Notes: a model not told the origin generated them from the sequence alone. Numbered from the stretch's first letter, positions 38,038 through 48,108 are shown. The stretch: DNA of 64,000 bases from an uncultured Bacteroidales bacterium (GCA_934699095.1 CAKUVI010000002.1:66457-130456); one strand, 5' to 3'. Program-made: numbers and translations.

Positions 38038-39945
38038 CTAATCGTAAAATTTCCACGACACTCCAATCTCCATATTCCGGCCTTGCATCGGGTATCCTGG
38101 AGTTGTGATATATCTGAAACTCAACAATCCGGCTATCAGGTTGCCACCTCTTATGTAGAAAGCAAGGCGCTTGACTTGCAAAGCCAAATGTGCGTTTATG
38201 TAAAGGTAATTTCCGGTCACAATGATGTTTTGTGTGAAAAATTGGTGCATGATCGGATTGTATCCGTCTGAGTAATACTTGGTGTTGTAGAACAGGTCAA
38301 GCCCAATCTGGAAATGCAACCTCTTCCTGAAAATCCTCGTGTGGTATGCGGCACTTAGCTTTCCGGTGAACAGTGGCAGTTTGATAGACGGATTGGTCGA
38401 ATGTTGCAGTCCGAAAATAGCGTCCAGTGAAAAATCTCTGATCCTCAAAGGTGCAAATCCTGTCAGTTGAATTATCTGTATCTGGTTTTCGGATTGAACC
38501 GGGACAAAGTTGTTGTTCAGATGCACATAATTGCCGATATTGTAGAATGAAAAACCTATTTTATAGTCAAAAATCGACCAATAAGCGTCTGCGTGAAAAC
38601 TGTTCTCCTTCTTGAGCTCGTTTTCCCATAAATTGTTGTTTCCAGTGTAGAAGCTGTAGATGTAATCGGGCGAGAATCTGTCGAACGAGACCTCAAAGTT
38701 GATGAAATGACGTTGCTTGTTGTTGATTGTGAATCTCGCACCGGCCGTTGCCGTGGCATCGTTGCGGTTGTAGCCGAAAAAGTCGTATGCGATGTCGCCG
38801 TATAGTTCCCACACCTTGAACAGACGTATTGATGTGCGGCCAAAAGCTGTAAGAGAATTGCCTATGTATTTGGGGCTCACCGCATTAGTGTATTCGTGAC
38901 GCACACCTCCGGCAAACCTGAAATAGTAGCTGTGGGTGCTTTTTGTGTCAATAGGGGTGTAGTTCGACCATTGAATCGTGTTTGATATCTTGTAGTATTG
39001 CACCGAGTCGTTTGTGGAGTCTGTGCTGATGTAATATTTGTTGACGTAGAAAAGGTTGTTCAATTCGTAGTCTGAAAAGCCAATGTCGTAGTTGTCGAAG
39101 TTGAAAGAATGTGAGATGGTGCCTAAGTATTTCCCGTTTTTGTTCTTGAAATTCACATAGTTCATCAGCTGGCCCGAGTGTGTGTTTATGATTGAAGATC
39201 CATTGCTGAACATCACAGGGAAGTTGCTCAGAATATTCTCTATCTTTTGTCCCTTTGGACTGCGGTCGGTAAAGCTGACGCTGTTCTCAAGGCCGCCATT
39301 CTCTTTCAATTTGTTGTGATTGAAGATATAACCCAATATGAAACCGTAGTTCTTTTTCGGAGTCTCGTATCTGACCACAGCGTCAAGGTTGAATCTGTTT
39401 ACATTTTGGTTTATGAAGTACCCCGGATTTTGCGAGCCGTCCATGTTGAGTGAAAAGTTGAGATTGCGAATCCTCTGTGCGTGAGTTGCTTTGAACGAGA
39501 TTTCCTCAACAAGCCCGTAATAGATTCGTATGTCGGTGAATGAAGTCTTGAGGTCGTACAGTTTGATATCGTCGAAAGTCCTGAAATAGAGAGGGTAGGG
39601 CAGGTGAATCATCGAGAAGCCATCCTTGCGATTGGTGGTGAAAATCAGTGGCTTGTGTGCTTGTCCGTTAATGCCGATAGACTGGTATAGATTAGTGTTC
39701 GCCCATAAAGGATCGTATTCTATAGTGTGGAAAAGGGCGGTGTCTATGTTCTTGTAAACAATTGGATTGAAGTTGACAGTGGGAAAATTGCCTGTCATTG
39801 TGGGCAGGTAGTCTGGCGAATATACCATTTCGGTGTCAACGGCGCTTTCCAATTCGTCATTGTTCTGCGAAAATGCGAACTTTGGGAATATAGCCGAGGC
39901 AACGATTGCCAAAATGATGATTATATGTGCAAGTGTTCGATTCAT
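38038..39945 (-). CDS. large outer-membrane beta-barrel protein (putative porin family)
   Basis: Signal peptide MNRTLAHIIIILAIVASAIFPKFAFSQ, Tyr/Asn/Phe-rich alternating strands, about 635 aa. The start at 39945 was chosen to avoid overlap with speB. Confidence 0.55.
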   Translation of the reverse strand: MNRTLAHIIIILAIVASAIFPKFAFSQNNDELESAVDTEMVYSPDYLPTMTGNFPTVNFNPIVYKNIDTALFHTIEYDPLWANTNLYQSIGINGQAHKPLIFTTNRKDGFSMIHLPYPLYFRTFDDIKLYDLKTSFTDIRIYYGLVEEISFKATHAQRIRNLNFSLNMDGSQNPGYFINQNVNRFNLDAVVRYETPKKNYGFILGYIFNHNKLKENGGLENSVSFTDRSPKGQKIENILSNFPVMFSNGSSIINTHSGQLMNYVNFKNKNGKYLGTISHSFNFDNYDIGFSDYELNNLFYVNKYYISTDSTNDSVQYYKISNTIQWSNYTPIDTKSTHSYYFRFAGGVRHEYTNAVSPKYIGNSLTAFGRTSIRLFKVWELYGDIAYDFFGYNRNDATATAGARFTINNKQRHFINFEVSFDRFSPDYIYSFYTGNNNLWENELKKENSFHADAYWSIFDYKIGFSFYNIGNYVHLNNNFVPVQSENQIQIIQLTGFAPLRIRDFSLDAIFGLQHSTNPSIKLPLFTGKLSAAYHTRIFRKRLHFQIGLDLFYNTKYYSDGYNPIMHQFFTQNIIVTGNYLYINAHLALQVKRLAFYIRGGNLIAGLLSFRYITTPGYPMQGRNMEIGVSWKFYD

Positions 39946-39955
39946 TTTTCGTTGT

Positions 39956-40819
39956 TTAGCAGTGCAAGTCCCACAGCGTAAGCATCTTGTATAAGAGTGT
40001 TGCAGCGAACACGTCCGATACTTTGCTGTCAGTCTGAGGACATAGTTCAACGATGTCGAAAGCCACTATATTGCGTTTCTTGAATATTTGTTCCAGAAAA
40101 CGAAGTGTAGGATACCATTGGAGGCCGCCCGGAAGCGGTGTGCCGGTGTCGGGCAGTATCGACGGGTCGAATCCGTCAAGGTCTATGGTTATGTAAACAT
40201 TGTCGGAGAGACGTTCCAGTGCTTTCTCCATCCATGATTCGCTGTTGTATATCTCATGGGCGTAGAAAATGTTTTCTGGGACAACGTTTGTCAGTTCTTC
40301 AGAGCAGACGTTGCGGATTCCGACTTGAACTACATTGGCCACATCTTGAGCGCGGCGCATCACACAGGCATGGTTGTATATGGAACCGTGGTAGCTGTCG
40401 CGCAGGTCGGCGTGTGCATCTATCTGTAACACGGAAAGACTGCTGTTCTGCTCGGCCATGGCCCTGATTGCTCCGACAGACACAGAGTGTTCTCCGCCTG
40501 TGACTATAACCTTCTTGCCTTGCTTTGAAAAATATCTTACTCTCTGATATACAGAATCCACCATGCTCTCAGGTGTGGTGAAGTCGTATTCGTGATGGTC
40601 TGTGTATATTCCGGATTTCCAAGCCTCATGTCTGTATTGTATGTCAAACAGCTCTAAACTGTCGGAGGCGTCCAATATGGCTTGCGGCCCTTTATCTGCC
40701 CCCTTGACAAAGGTGCTCGTCCCATCATAGGGCACACCAAGAATCACATATTTGGCATTGTCTAATTCATACATTGCCTCATCGTCCATGTCCAAAAAAT
40801 TGGTCATTCTCTTTATCAT
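39956..40819 (-). CDS. speB: agmatinase (ureohydrolase family)
   Basis: Arginase-fold metal motifs GGEHS, DAHADL and ITIDLDGFDP. About 288 aa from MIKRM, or 40807 from MTNF. Confidence 0.85.
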   Translation of the reverse strand: MIKRMTNFLDMDDEAMYELDNAKYVILGVPYDGTSTFVKGADKGPQAILDASDSLELFDIQYRHEAWKSGIYTDHHEYDFTTPESMVDSVYQRVRYFSKQGKKVIVTGGEHSVSVGAIRAMAEQNSSLSVLQIDAHADLRDSYHGSIYNHACVMRRAQDVANVVQVGIRNVCSEELTNVVPENIFYAHEIYNSESWMEKALERLSDNVYITIDLDGFDPSILPDTGTPLPGGLQWYPTLRFLEQIFKKRNIVAFDIVELCPQTDSKVSDVFAATLLYKMLTLWDLHC

Positions 40820-40838
40820 AAAGCTATTTTTCTGATGT

Positions 40839-41996
40839 TTAAACTGCGGCTTTTGCCAATTGAAAATACAGATCTGTGAATATAATGGATGAATTCCCGT
40901 TTCTTGTGATATGATAGTAGGCTTTGTTGCAGAGCTCGTACATTGCTGAGACCTGTTTGAGTTGGAATTTTCCGGAAAATTTGTCCAAAATCGCCTTTTC
41001 ATCGCGGGTAACCTTCACTACAGGCAGATTTTGGGTGTTCATCATTAGAATGTCCCTGAGCATTCGCAGAGAAATGTTCAGAAATTGTTTTTGATACTCC
41101 CTGCCTTGCGAGGCTATCTCGTTGAGTGTTTCCTGCGTCCCCGGGAAATCCACCACTTGCAGGGGCTGTCTTGTGGCGAAGGCATATACACTCTCAAAGA
41201 TTTTGTCGAACTGTTCGAGAAAAACTGTCTCATCTTCGTTCTCTTCAGCTATTTGCAGGGCTTTCAGGTAGTTTCCGTCAGCAGTGATGGCTATATCAGA
41301 GGCCTCTTCAGGAGTCAGGTTGGAATATTTTTTCAGAAGATTTTCAGATATGATTTCATCGCTCAGCCTCGGTATTTTTATCAGTTGGGTTCGTGACAAT
41401 ATCGTGTTGAGGATTTTGTCGGGTTCCTCAGAAATGAGGATGAAGATTGATTTTTCCTCAGGTTCTTCGAGTGTTTTGAGAAGTTTTGGAGCTGCATCAC
41501 GATAAAGTTTGTCGGCGCACCACAAGACATACACTTTGTACCCGTTTTGGTAAGAGCGAGTGCTGTTGTGCTGAAGAATGTTGGAGCAATCCCTGATGTT
41601 GATACTTGGCTGTTTGTTTTCCCCTTTCAATTCATTCAACCAACCGTTTATGCTGACGTGATAGTCGTTTTTGAGCAGAAATTGGCGAAATCTCGGCATG
41701 AATTTGGATGATTCAGGGTCTTTTTTTACATCTTCGGTGATGCAGTTGGGGAAGTACAGATGCAAGTCTGGATGTGCAAGGTTTGAAAATTGCTTGCACG
41801 AGGGGCACTCTCCGCAAGAATCCTCCTCAGTTGGGTGCTCGCAGCACAGGAACTGTCCGAGCGCGATGGCCAATGCGATGGAATGGCTGCCTGGCTGCGC
41901 AAGGAACAACTGTGCATGGGCCACTCTTCCGGTCGTGACTAACTCTATCAACTTGTGCTTTAGGGAACTGTCAACTAAAACGTCCTTGAATTGCAT
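40839..41996 (-). CDS. holB: DNA polymerase III subunit delta'
   Basis: AHAQLF..G, zinc module CGECPSCKQ, HPDL..., KTLEEP, SRTQ motifs. Start at MQFKD. Confidence 0.8.
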   Translation of the reverse strand: MQFKDVLVDSSLKHKLIELVTTGRVAHAQLFLAQPGSHSIALAIALGQFLCCEHPTEEDSCGECPSCKQFSNLAHPDLHLYFPNCITEDVKKDPESSKFMPRFRQFLLKNDYHVSINGWLNELKGENKQPSINIRDCSNILQHNSTRSYQNGYKVYVLWCADKLYRDAAPKLLKTLEEPEEKSIFILISEEPDKILNTILSRTQLIKIPRLSDEIISENLLKKYSNLTPEEASDIAITADGNYLKALQIAEENEDETVFLEQFDKIFESVYAFATRQPLQVVDFPGTQETLNEIASQGREYQKQFLNISLRMLRDILMMNTQNLPVVKVTRDEKAILDKFSGKFQLKQVSAMYELCNKAYYHITRNGNSSIIFTDLYFQLAKAAV

Positions 41997-42009
41997 GATT
42001 CTAACCTCC

Positions 42010-42597
42010 TTATTGTTTGATTTTTTCCAACCAGCTGTGATCGTTTGTGTTCGTGTAATTGTCGAGCTTATCGAACAACTCATCCAAGTTTGAGGCACTG
42101 ATGATCAGACTGTGGTGAAACGGTCTGAGGAAGCCTTCTTCCAGGAATTTGTCCAACTGCTTGAGCAACAAGTCATAAAAACCCATGTGGTTGTAAATTG
42201 CTATCGGCTTTGAGTGCATTCCCAACTGGGCATCGGTGACCATCTCGAAAAGCTCGTCCATCGTGCCGTAGCCGCCAGGAAAGACCACAAAGGCATCAGA
42301 ACGTTCCTCTATCAGTTGTTTACGCTCACTCATTGTTTTCACAAGAATCATCTCTGTGATGTTTTCGGCCAGGACAGTACCTTTCGCGAAAAAATCCGGC
42401 GCCACGCCGATTACTTTTCCTCCGTTCTCCAGTGCCGAATCTGCTGCGGCACCCATTAAGCCTATACTTCCGCCGCCGTAATAGAGGGTGACTCCTTTCT
42501 CTGCACATCTCTTCCCGAACGCCGCCGCCTCCCTCGCATAGGCTGGATTCCTGCCAACTGATGATCCACAATATAATGCTATGGTCTGATATTTCAT
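42010..42597 (-). CDS. LOG-family (TIGR00730) cytokinin riboside 5'-monophosphate phosphoribohydrolase-like protein
   Basis: GGGSIGLMG and PGGYGTMDELFE motifs. Confidence 0.85.
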   Translation of the reverse strand: MKYQTIALYCGSSVGRNPAYAREAAAFGKRCAEKGVTLYYGGGSIGLMGAAADSALENGGKVIGVAPDFFAKGTVLAENITEMILVKTMSERKQLIEERSDAFVVFPGGYGTMDELFEMVTDAQLGMHSKPIAIYNHMGFYDLLLKQLDKFLEEGFLRPFHHSLIISASNLDELFDKLDNYTNTNDHSWLEKIKQ

Positions 42598-43322
42598 ATT
42601 ATCTCTAACTTTGTCAATGTGTGATAAAAAATCGATACTAAAAGATACCCGAATATGATGAGTGGGAATGACCCTAACCTGAACATGAAAAACAGTATCA
42701 GACCGACTGCAAGAATTATGTATCTGGCTATATTCATCGGTGTGAGCTTGAAGTTCTTGAACTTCAATGAGATCATGTTGATAGGACTTATTAACAGAAA
42801 GGCGAAAATGATGGTGAATGTCAGCACCACGCCGAAGTTATGCAGTATGGACACGTACTCGGATGCTGCTGGGATGAATCCGAGGAAAAGGGCGTTGGCC
42901 GGTGTCGGCATCCCGATGAATTTCTCGCTCTGACGACTGTCTATGTTGAAATTTGCAAGACGCACAGCCGAAAGTGCCGGCACTATGAACACCAAATACG
43001 GCAGATAGCTCACGAATTTTGTCTGGGACGCCATCGGCATCTGCGTGTAACAGATGTTGAGCCATTCATACACTATCATTGTGGGAGCAACTCCAAACGA
43101 GACAATGTCAGACAACGAGTCCAACTCCTTTCCGATTGCCGATGTCACTTTCAGGATGCGGGCGCTTAAGCCGTCGCAGAAGTCGAATATCGCAGCCATG
43201 ACTATCCAAATCGCCGCAAATGTGAGATTCCCGTTCAATGACGACATGATTGAGAAACATCCACATACTAAGTTCAAGCATGTGATTGTGTTTGGAATGT
43301 GTGCCTTTATGTTGATTTTCAT
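42594..43322 (-). CDS. pssA: CDP-diacylglycerol--serine O-phosphatidyltransferase
   Basis: CDP-alcohol phosphatidyltransferase motif DFCDGLSAR...G.ELDSLSD, in a 242-aa membrane protein. Confidence 0.85.
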   Translation of the reverse strand: MKINIKAHIPNTITCLNLVCGCFSIMSSLNGNLTFAAIWIVMAAIFDFCDGLSARILKVTSAIGKELDSLSDIVSFGVAPTMIVYEWLNICYTQMPMASQTKFVSYLPYLVFIVPALSAVRLANFNIDSRQSEKFIGMPTPANALFLGFIPAASEYVSILHNFGVVLTFTIIFAFLLISPINMISLKFKNFKLTPMNIARYIILAVGLILFFMFRLGSFPLIIFGYLLVSIFYHTLTKLEII

Positions 43323-43332
43323 CTTTCCAGTG

Positions 43333-44817
43333 CTATTTTAATACCCAATATTGCTGATTAACACCTTTTGCAAATGCCTCGGCCTCTTCCTCAGTGTTGA
43401 AAATACCTATGCATACGCGCAGGTTCTTGACACCATCCTGCAATAGGATTTTCGGAGAATACTGGTCCAAACCCTTGTGGCGTATGTGAGTCTCGACGTC
43501 CTTTTCATTATAGAAACTGCCCGCAATGGCATAGTAGTGGCCACTCTCAAAGTTGATGTACTCATACTTGCCATCGGCGGTCTGCTTGACTGCCACAGGA
43601 ACATATTTTTCTGGTTCGGAAGGTTGTTCCTCAGCAACTTCATCGTTGTTTTGCGCTTCGTTGTAATCAGCATCGGAGTCAGCCGACTGCTGCTCAGGTT
43701 GATCTGTCACTTGCTGCTCGGTGGGCTGGTCTTTTTTGAACAATGAGTTGTATTTTTCTACGATTTTGTCTTTGATGATAAAACCGAAGGTGGCGAGTAC
43801 GGCAAGCAGCAGCAAACAGATCCATAACCAGGCCAATCTGTGCTTCTTTTTCTTTTTATCGTCGTCATCGTCGTCGTCATCATCGTCGTCGTCATCATCG
43901 TCATCATCATCGTCGTCATCATCATCGTCATCATCATCGTCGTCATTATCATCGACTTTTTCCATATCCTCAGCTTCAGTATTTTCTAACAATGCCGACG
44001 CTGCAACAGGCTCCTCGGCAACAGGTTCCTCGGCAACAGGTTCCTCGGCAACAGGTTCCTCGGCAATAGGTTCCTCAGCAACAGGATCCTCAGCAACAGG
44101 TTCCTCGGCAACAGGTTCCTCAGCAGTGGGCTCTTCTGTGGCTGGTTCTACAGCAGGTACTTCTTGGTCAACGTTTAGGCTCTCGGCGACAGTTTCAGGT
44201 TCTGTAGGTACAACTGCTGCAGCTACGAGCGGAAGTTCCGACTTTTGTTTAAGCTCGTCGTCGGGGAGATCATCATCGGGGACGAAGGTTTCCTCAGGTT
44301 CTTCCTCAGGTTTGGATTCTTCGGGTTGAGATTTTTCAACGTATTGGTTTTCAGTTGTTTGCTTCTCTGATTGGACGATTTCTTCGTCTTCAGAAAGGTC
44401 AGTGACGTTAAGGAGTTGTTTGACGTCGATGGGTTCCAAAGTTTCGAATAGGGTGTTGAGTTGTGGAATCACAGCGCTTTGGAATGTGATGTTTCCTTTT
44501 TTGTCGAGCATGAAAGTCCCGAAGTCTTCAAAGCTGACCGATTTGTTGTTCTGAAGGGCTGTGATAAGCTCGTCTTTCCATTTTATGATTTGTTCATTGG
44601 CTTCGGTGAACAGGCATTGGCTCTCGCTGCTTATGGTGTTAGCCAAGGAGAAGTTGTTTGCTGGATCCTGATTTTGGGTGAATACGATCTCATAGAATGG
44701 CGGTGTGATTGTGTCACCGTTGATGGAAGCGTGTTTTAGCTGTGTGGAGAAGTTCCCGAGGCCGTTGATGTCCACGCTGTTCTCTTTAAGGAGGGTTTTG
44801 ATGATATAGTTGATCAT
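43333..44817 (-). CDS. HU-like N-terminal domain / acidic low-complexity / TM / SPOR-domain protein
   Basis: The N-terminus MINYIIKTLLKENSVDINGLGNF is HU-like. It is followed by EEPVA pentapeptide repeats, a 29-residue poly-Asp run, KKKKK, a TM helix and a C-terminal SPOR-like fold. Confidence 0.75.
   Translation of the reverse strand: MINYIIKTLLKENSVDINGLGNFSTQLKHASINGDTITPPFYEIVFTQNQDPANNFSLANTISSESQCLFTEANEQIIKWKDELITALQNNKSVSFEDFGTFMLDKKGNITFQSAVIPQLNTLFETLEPIDVKQLLNVTDLSEDEEIVQSEKQTTENQYVEKSQPEESKPEEEPEETFVPDDDLPDDELKQKSELPLVAAAVVPTEPETVAESLNVDQEVPAVEPATEEPTAEEPVAEEPVAEDPVAEEPIAEEPVAEEPVAEEPVAEEPVAASALLENTEAEDMEKVDDNDDDDDDDDDDDDDDDDDDDDDDDDDDDDDKKKKKHRLAWLWICLLLLAVLATFGFIIKDKIVEKYNSLFKKDQPTEQQVTDQPEQQSADSDADYNEAQNNDEVAEEQPSEPEKYVPVAVKQTADGKYEYINFESGHYYAIAGSFYNEKDVETHIRHKGLDQYSPKILLQDGVKNLRVCIGIFNTEEEAEAFAKGVNQQYWVLK
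43858..43956 (-). repeat. GAY trinucleotide tract encoding 29 consecutive Asp
   Basis: Counted directly: 29 in-frame GAT/GAC codons at 43858-43944, then Asn-Asp-Asp. Confidence 0.95.
44004..44135 (-). repeat. about 8.5 tandem copies of a 15-bp unit (CAACAGGTTCCTCGG) encoding EEPVA repeats
   Basis: Direct inspection. The copies differ by single substitutions. Confidence 0.9.
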
Positions 44818-44823
44818 AGCTGA

Positions 44824-45555
44824 TTATAACAGGTTGTCAATTACAAATTTAAGGTCTTCAGGGGTGTCGATTCCGACGCCTGAGTAGTCGCATTCGCCGA
44901 CTCTGATCTTGAAGCCGTTTTCGAGCCAGCGCAGTTGTTCGAGTTTTTCTGTGAGTTCCAAGTTCGAGAGTTCGAGTTTTGTGATGGTCTGCAGAGTTTT
45001 GAAAGTATAGGCGTAGATGCCGATGTGTTTGAGGTAGTGTGGTGTCGCGGTGCTGTTTTGGCGTAGGAAAGGTATCGGGGCACGACTGAAGTACATGGCA
45101 TCGCCGTACTTGTTGGTTACAAGTTTCACTGCGTTCGGGTTGTTGAGAGTGTCTGTGTCTGAGAAAGGGCAGGCGAGGGTTGCTATTTCCACGCTGTTGT
45201 CGTTGAATGCGTCTTTAAGAAGGTTTATCTCTTTGGAAGAGACCAGAGGTTCGTCGCCTTGGATGTTGATAATGACGTCCTCGTCTTTAGGGTTGAAGAA
45301 TTGGGCGGCCTCGCAGCATCGGTCGGTGCCAGACTGGTGGAGTGGGGAGGTCATCACGGCGACACCACCGAAGGACTTCACGCAGTCGGATATTCTCGTG
45401 TCATCTGTGGCCACTGCCACTCCAGTGAGACCGGTGGCCATCACTCTCTCGTAAACATGCTGTATCAGAGGCTTGCCAGCAAGGTCAACCAAAGGTTTGC
45501 CGGGGAACCTTGTTGATGCATATCTTGCGGGAATTATGCCAAAAACTTCTCTCAT
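44824..45555 (-). CDS. kdsB: 3-deoxy-manno-octulosonate cytidylyltransferase
   Basis: IIPARYASTRFPGKPL and NIQGDEP motifs. The start may be 45555 (MREVFG) or 45591. Confidence 0.9.
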   Translation of the reverse strand: MREVFGIIPARYASTRFPGKPLVDLAGKPLIQHVYERVMATGLTGVAVATDDTRISDCVKSFGGVAVMTSPLHQSGTDRCCEAAQFFNPKDEDVIINIQGDEPLVSSKEINLLKDAFNDNSVEIATLACPFSDTDTLNNPNAVKLVTNKYGDAMYFSRAPIPFLRQNSTATPHYLKHIGIYAYTFKTLQTITKLELSNLELTEKLEQLRWLENGFKIRVGECDYSGVGIDTPEDLKFVIDNLL

Positions 45556-45824
45556 TATCTCTTTGTTTGTTCTTAACTTTTTAATATCCAAATGTTTACA
45601 CTTAGTGTTTCGTCAGTCTTTTTAAAGTGTAAATATACAATTTCTATTTCAAATCATTGCTGTTTGTTGAAATTTTTCACGGAAGTATAAAAAGAAACGC
45701 ATTTCGGTAAATTTTGAATATCATATTGTGTTGTCATATTTGATTATTCAAAAAGATTTTCTGTCGCACAAAAACGTAGGTTTTTTATATTACAATATAC
45801 TATTGGTTTTGTGGGGTTGCTGCC

Positions 45825-45857
45825 AAAAAAAAAGGTGCCCCGACGGAGCACCTTTTC
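45825..45857 (-). terminator. intrinsic terminator downstream of aqpZ (A-run, GGTGC...GCACC, T-run)
   Basis: Hairpin flanked by A9 and T4, about 25 nt after the aqpZ stop. Confidence 0.6.
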
Positions 45858-45879
45858 AAATAAGTCTGTCTATTTTGAG

Positions 45880-46572
45880 TTATTCTTTCTCACAAGCGAG
45901 GCATTTCCAGCAGAGGGCAGCCAATGCACCGCCGCAAAGAGGAGCGAGGATGAATACCCAAACGTTTGCCAATGCTTCACCGCCGGCGAAGATGGCAGGG
46001 CCGAATGAACGGGCAGGGTTAACTGATGTTCCGGTGAGGTTGATGCATACCAGGTGGATGAGAATCAAGGTGAGACCTATGGCCAGACCTGCGAGGTTGC
46101 CAGCACCGAGTTTGCTGTCGGTGGTGCCGAGAACAACAAGCACGAAGATGAATGTTGCAATCACTTCAACGAGGAAAGCACCCCATACGCCGCCTGCATT
46201 GGCAACACCGTTGGTGCCGAGTCCCATCATTCCGTCAGCAATACCCTCTGCTGATGGAGTTACGATGTTTGTGAGAGCCAACAACACAGCTCCGGCGATG
46301 ATGGCGCCGATGAACTGACCGCACCAATAAGCGCAGGCTTCCTTCCATGTCATGCGACCTGAAAGTGCTACGCCAAGAGTGATGGCAGGGTTGATGTGGC
46401 ATCCTGAAATGCCGCCAATAGTGTAGGCCATGGCCACTACGGCAAGACCAAAAGCAACAGCTGTGCCAACCACTCCGGCTGGTGTTGCACAACCAAGGAA
46501 CATTGCAGTACCGCAACCAAGCAGTGTGAGAACAAATGTTCCAACTAATTCAGCAATAGATTTTTTTAACAT
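45880..46572 (-). CDS. aqpZ: aquaporin Z (MIP family channel)
   Basis: Two NPA boxes (HINPAITLG, SVNPARSFG), 230 aa, six TM helices. Confidence 0.92.
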   Translation of the reverse strand: MLKKSIAELVGTFVLTLLGCGTAMFLGCATPAGVVGTAVAFGLAVVAMAYTIGGISGCHINPAITLGVALSGRMTWKEACAYWCGQFIGAIIAGAVLLALTNIVTPSAEGIADGMMGLGTNGVANAGGVWGAFLVEVIATFIFVLVVLGTTDSKLGAGNLAGLAIGLTLILIHLVCINLTGTSVNPARSFGPAIFAGGEALANVWVFILAPLCGGALAALCWKCLACEKE

Positions 46573-46602
46573 AATTTTTGAAATTTTTGTGAATAAAAAA
46601 GG

Positions 46603-48093
46603 TTAGTTGTTGTCAATAGGGATTGTGTTTTTTTTGCTAATAGCCAAGAGAGTCAGGAAGAAGAGTGCGCCATTCACAATGAGAAGCTCGTAACCGAATT
46701 TGTATCCGAACAACCATTTGGTGGAATTTGAAGATAGGATGTAACAAAACAGAGGTACAAGTATGGAGAAAACAGGTATAAGTTTGCGACGGGATCCGGG
46801 AATGGTCCGTTTCGTGAAAATTCCAAAGCAGAACAATCCGAGGATAGGTCCATAAGTGTAGGAAGCCACCATGAATATGATGCGAATCAAGGCATCGTTA
46901 TGGTGGTTTGCAACAATGATGATCACCAACAGGAACAACGTAGAAATCACTATGTGTACGATTCGGCGCACTTTGATCTGGATGTTCTCATCAGGGAAAC
47001 GTTTCTCTATGTCCAAGATGTCGTAACAAACTGTTGTGGTTAGGGCAGTGAAAGTGCCGTCAGCACTTGAAAAACCTGCGGAAATCAGTCCGAACACAAA
47101 CACGAACGCCCCTACTTTGCCCAAGTAGTTGAAAGCAATCTCGGGGTAGATGCGGTCGGTCGGGAACTGGTTGACATCAATGCCGTTTCTCTGGGCAAAT
47201 ACGAGCAGCATACCGCCAAGGAAGAGGAACAGCAGGTTCACCACAACCAGAATGCAAGTGAACGAGAACATGTTGCGTTGAGACTCGCGCAGCGACTTGC
47301 AGGAGAGGTTCTTCTGCATCATGTCTTGGTCGAGACCGGTCATGGCGATGGTTATGAACATGCCTCCCAAGATCTGTTTCAGGAAGTAGCTGTTGTTCCG
47401 CCAGTCGGTGTTGAAAACCGTCCTGCAATCAGTTCCATCCTTGCCAACGGTTGCCATCTGCAGCCAGATGTCGCTGAAAGAGCCGCCTAAGTTGCGCATA
47501 ATCACGATGATGGTTATCACCAACGCCCCGATCAGGAATGTGGTCTGGAGCATGTCGGTCCATACCACGGTCTTGATGCCGCCGCGGAAAGTGTACAAGA
47601 GTATTATTGCAATCATCACTATGGCGGTTGCCCAAATTGGGATGTTCCAGCCATCGAAGACAAATATCTGCAGCACGAATATCACCAGATACATACGCAG
47701 CGCGGAACCCAAAAGCCGCGACAGAAAGAAGAACACCGCTCCGGTCTTGTGCGCCTCATTCCCGACACGCTTTCCGAGATATTCGTAAATGGATGTTACG
47801 TTAAGACGATAATAGAGCGGGAGCAGCAGCAGGCCGATGACAATGTATCCGAGAATGTAGCCGAACACCACGCCAAGGTAGGTGAACTGCGTTGTGTAAA
47901 CATCTCCCGGCACCGACATGAAGGTGACGCCTGACAGGGAACTTCCTATCATGCCGTATGCAACCACAAACCATGGCGACTTGCGGTTGCCTGTGAAATA
48001 GCTCATCTTGTCGGTCTTTCGTGATGTGAATCCGGTGATGATGAAAAGCATCACCACATAGAGCGCGAAAAATGTGAATATAAAAGCCTGCAT
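46603..48093 (-). CDS. sodium:solute symporter family transporter
   Basis: 496 aa with about 13 TM helices and SSF-like blocks (GGIKTVVWTDMLQ). Substrate unknown. Confidence 0.7.
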   Translation of the reverse strand: MQAFIFTFFALYVVMLFIITGFTSRKTDKMSYFTGNRKSPWFVVAYGMIGSSLSGVTFMSVPGDVYTTQFTYLGVVFGYILGYIVIGLLLLPLYYRLNVTSIYEYLGKRVGNEAHKTGAVFFFLSRLLGSALRMYLVIFVLQIFVFDGWNIPIWATAIVMIAIILLYTFRGGIKTVVWTDMLQTTFLIGALVITIIVIMRNLGGSFSDIWLQMATVGKDGTDCRTVFNTDWRNNSYFLKQILGGMFITIAMTGLDQDMMQKNLSCKSLRESQRNMFSFTCILVVVNLLFLFLGGMLLVFAQRNGIDVNQFPTDRIYPEIAFNYLGKVGAFVFVFGLISAGFSSADGTFTALTTTVCYDILDIEKRFPDENIQIKVRRIVHIVISTLFLLVIIIVANHHNDALIRIIFMVASYTYGPILGLFCFGIFTKRTIPGSRRKLIPVFSILVPLFCYILSSNSTKWLFGYKFGYELLIVNGALFFLTLLAISKKNTIPIDNN

Positions 48094-48108
48094 GACTGCA
48101 AAAGTGTT

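Noticed and set aside
38026-38040. Convergent mnmE and porin genes whose stop codons are only 9 nt apart with no terminator hairpin.
   Set aside because: Tight convergent packing is common, and nothing else is unusual in the junction.
43721-44329. 202-aa poly-Ser/Gly ORF on the + strand.
   Set aside because: It is the antisense shadow of the poly-Asp/EEPVA repeat tract of the SPOR protein gene. The repeat symmetry creates the open frame.
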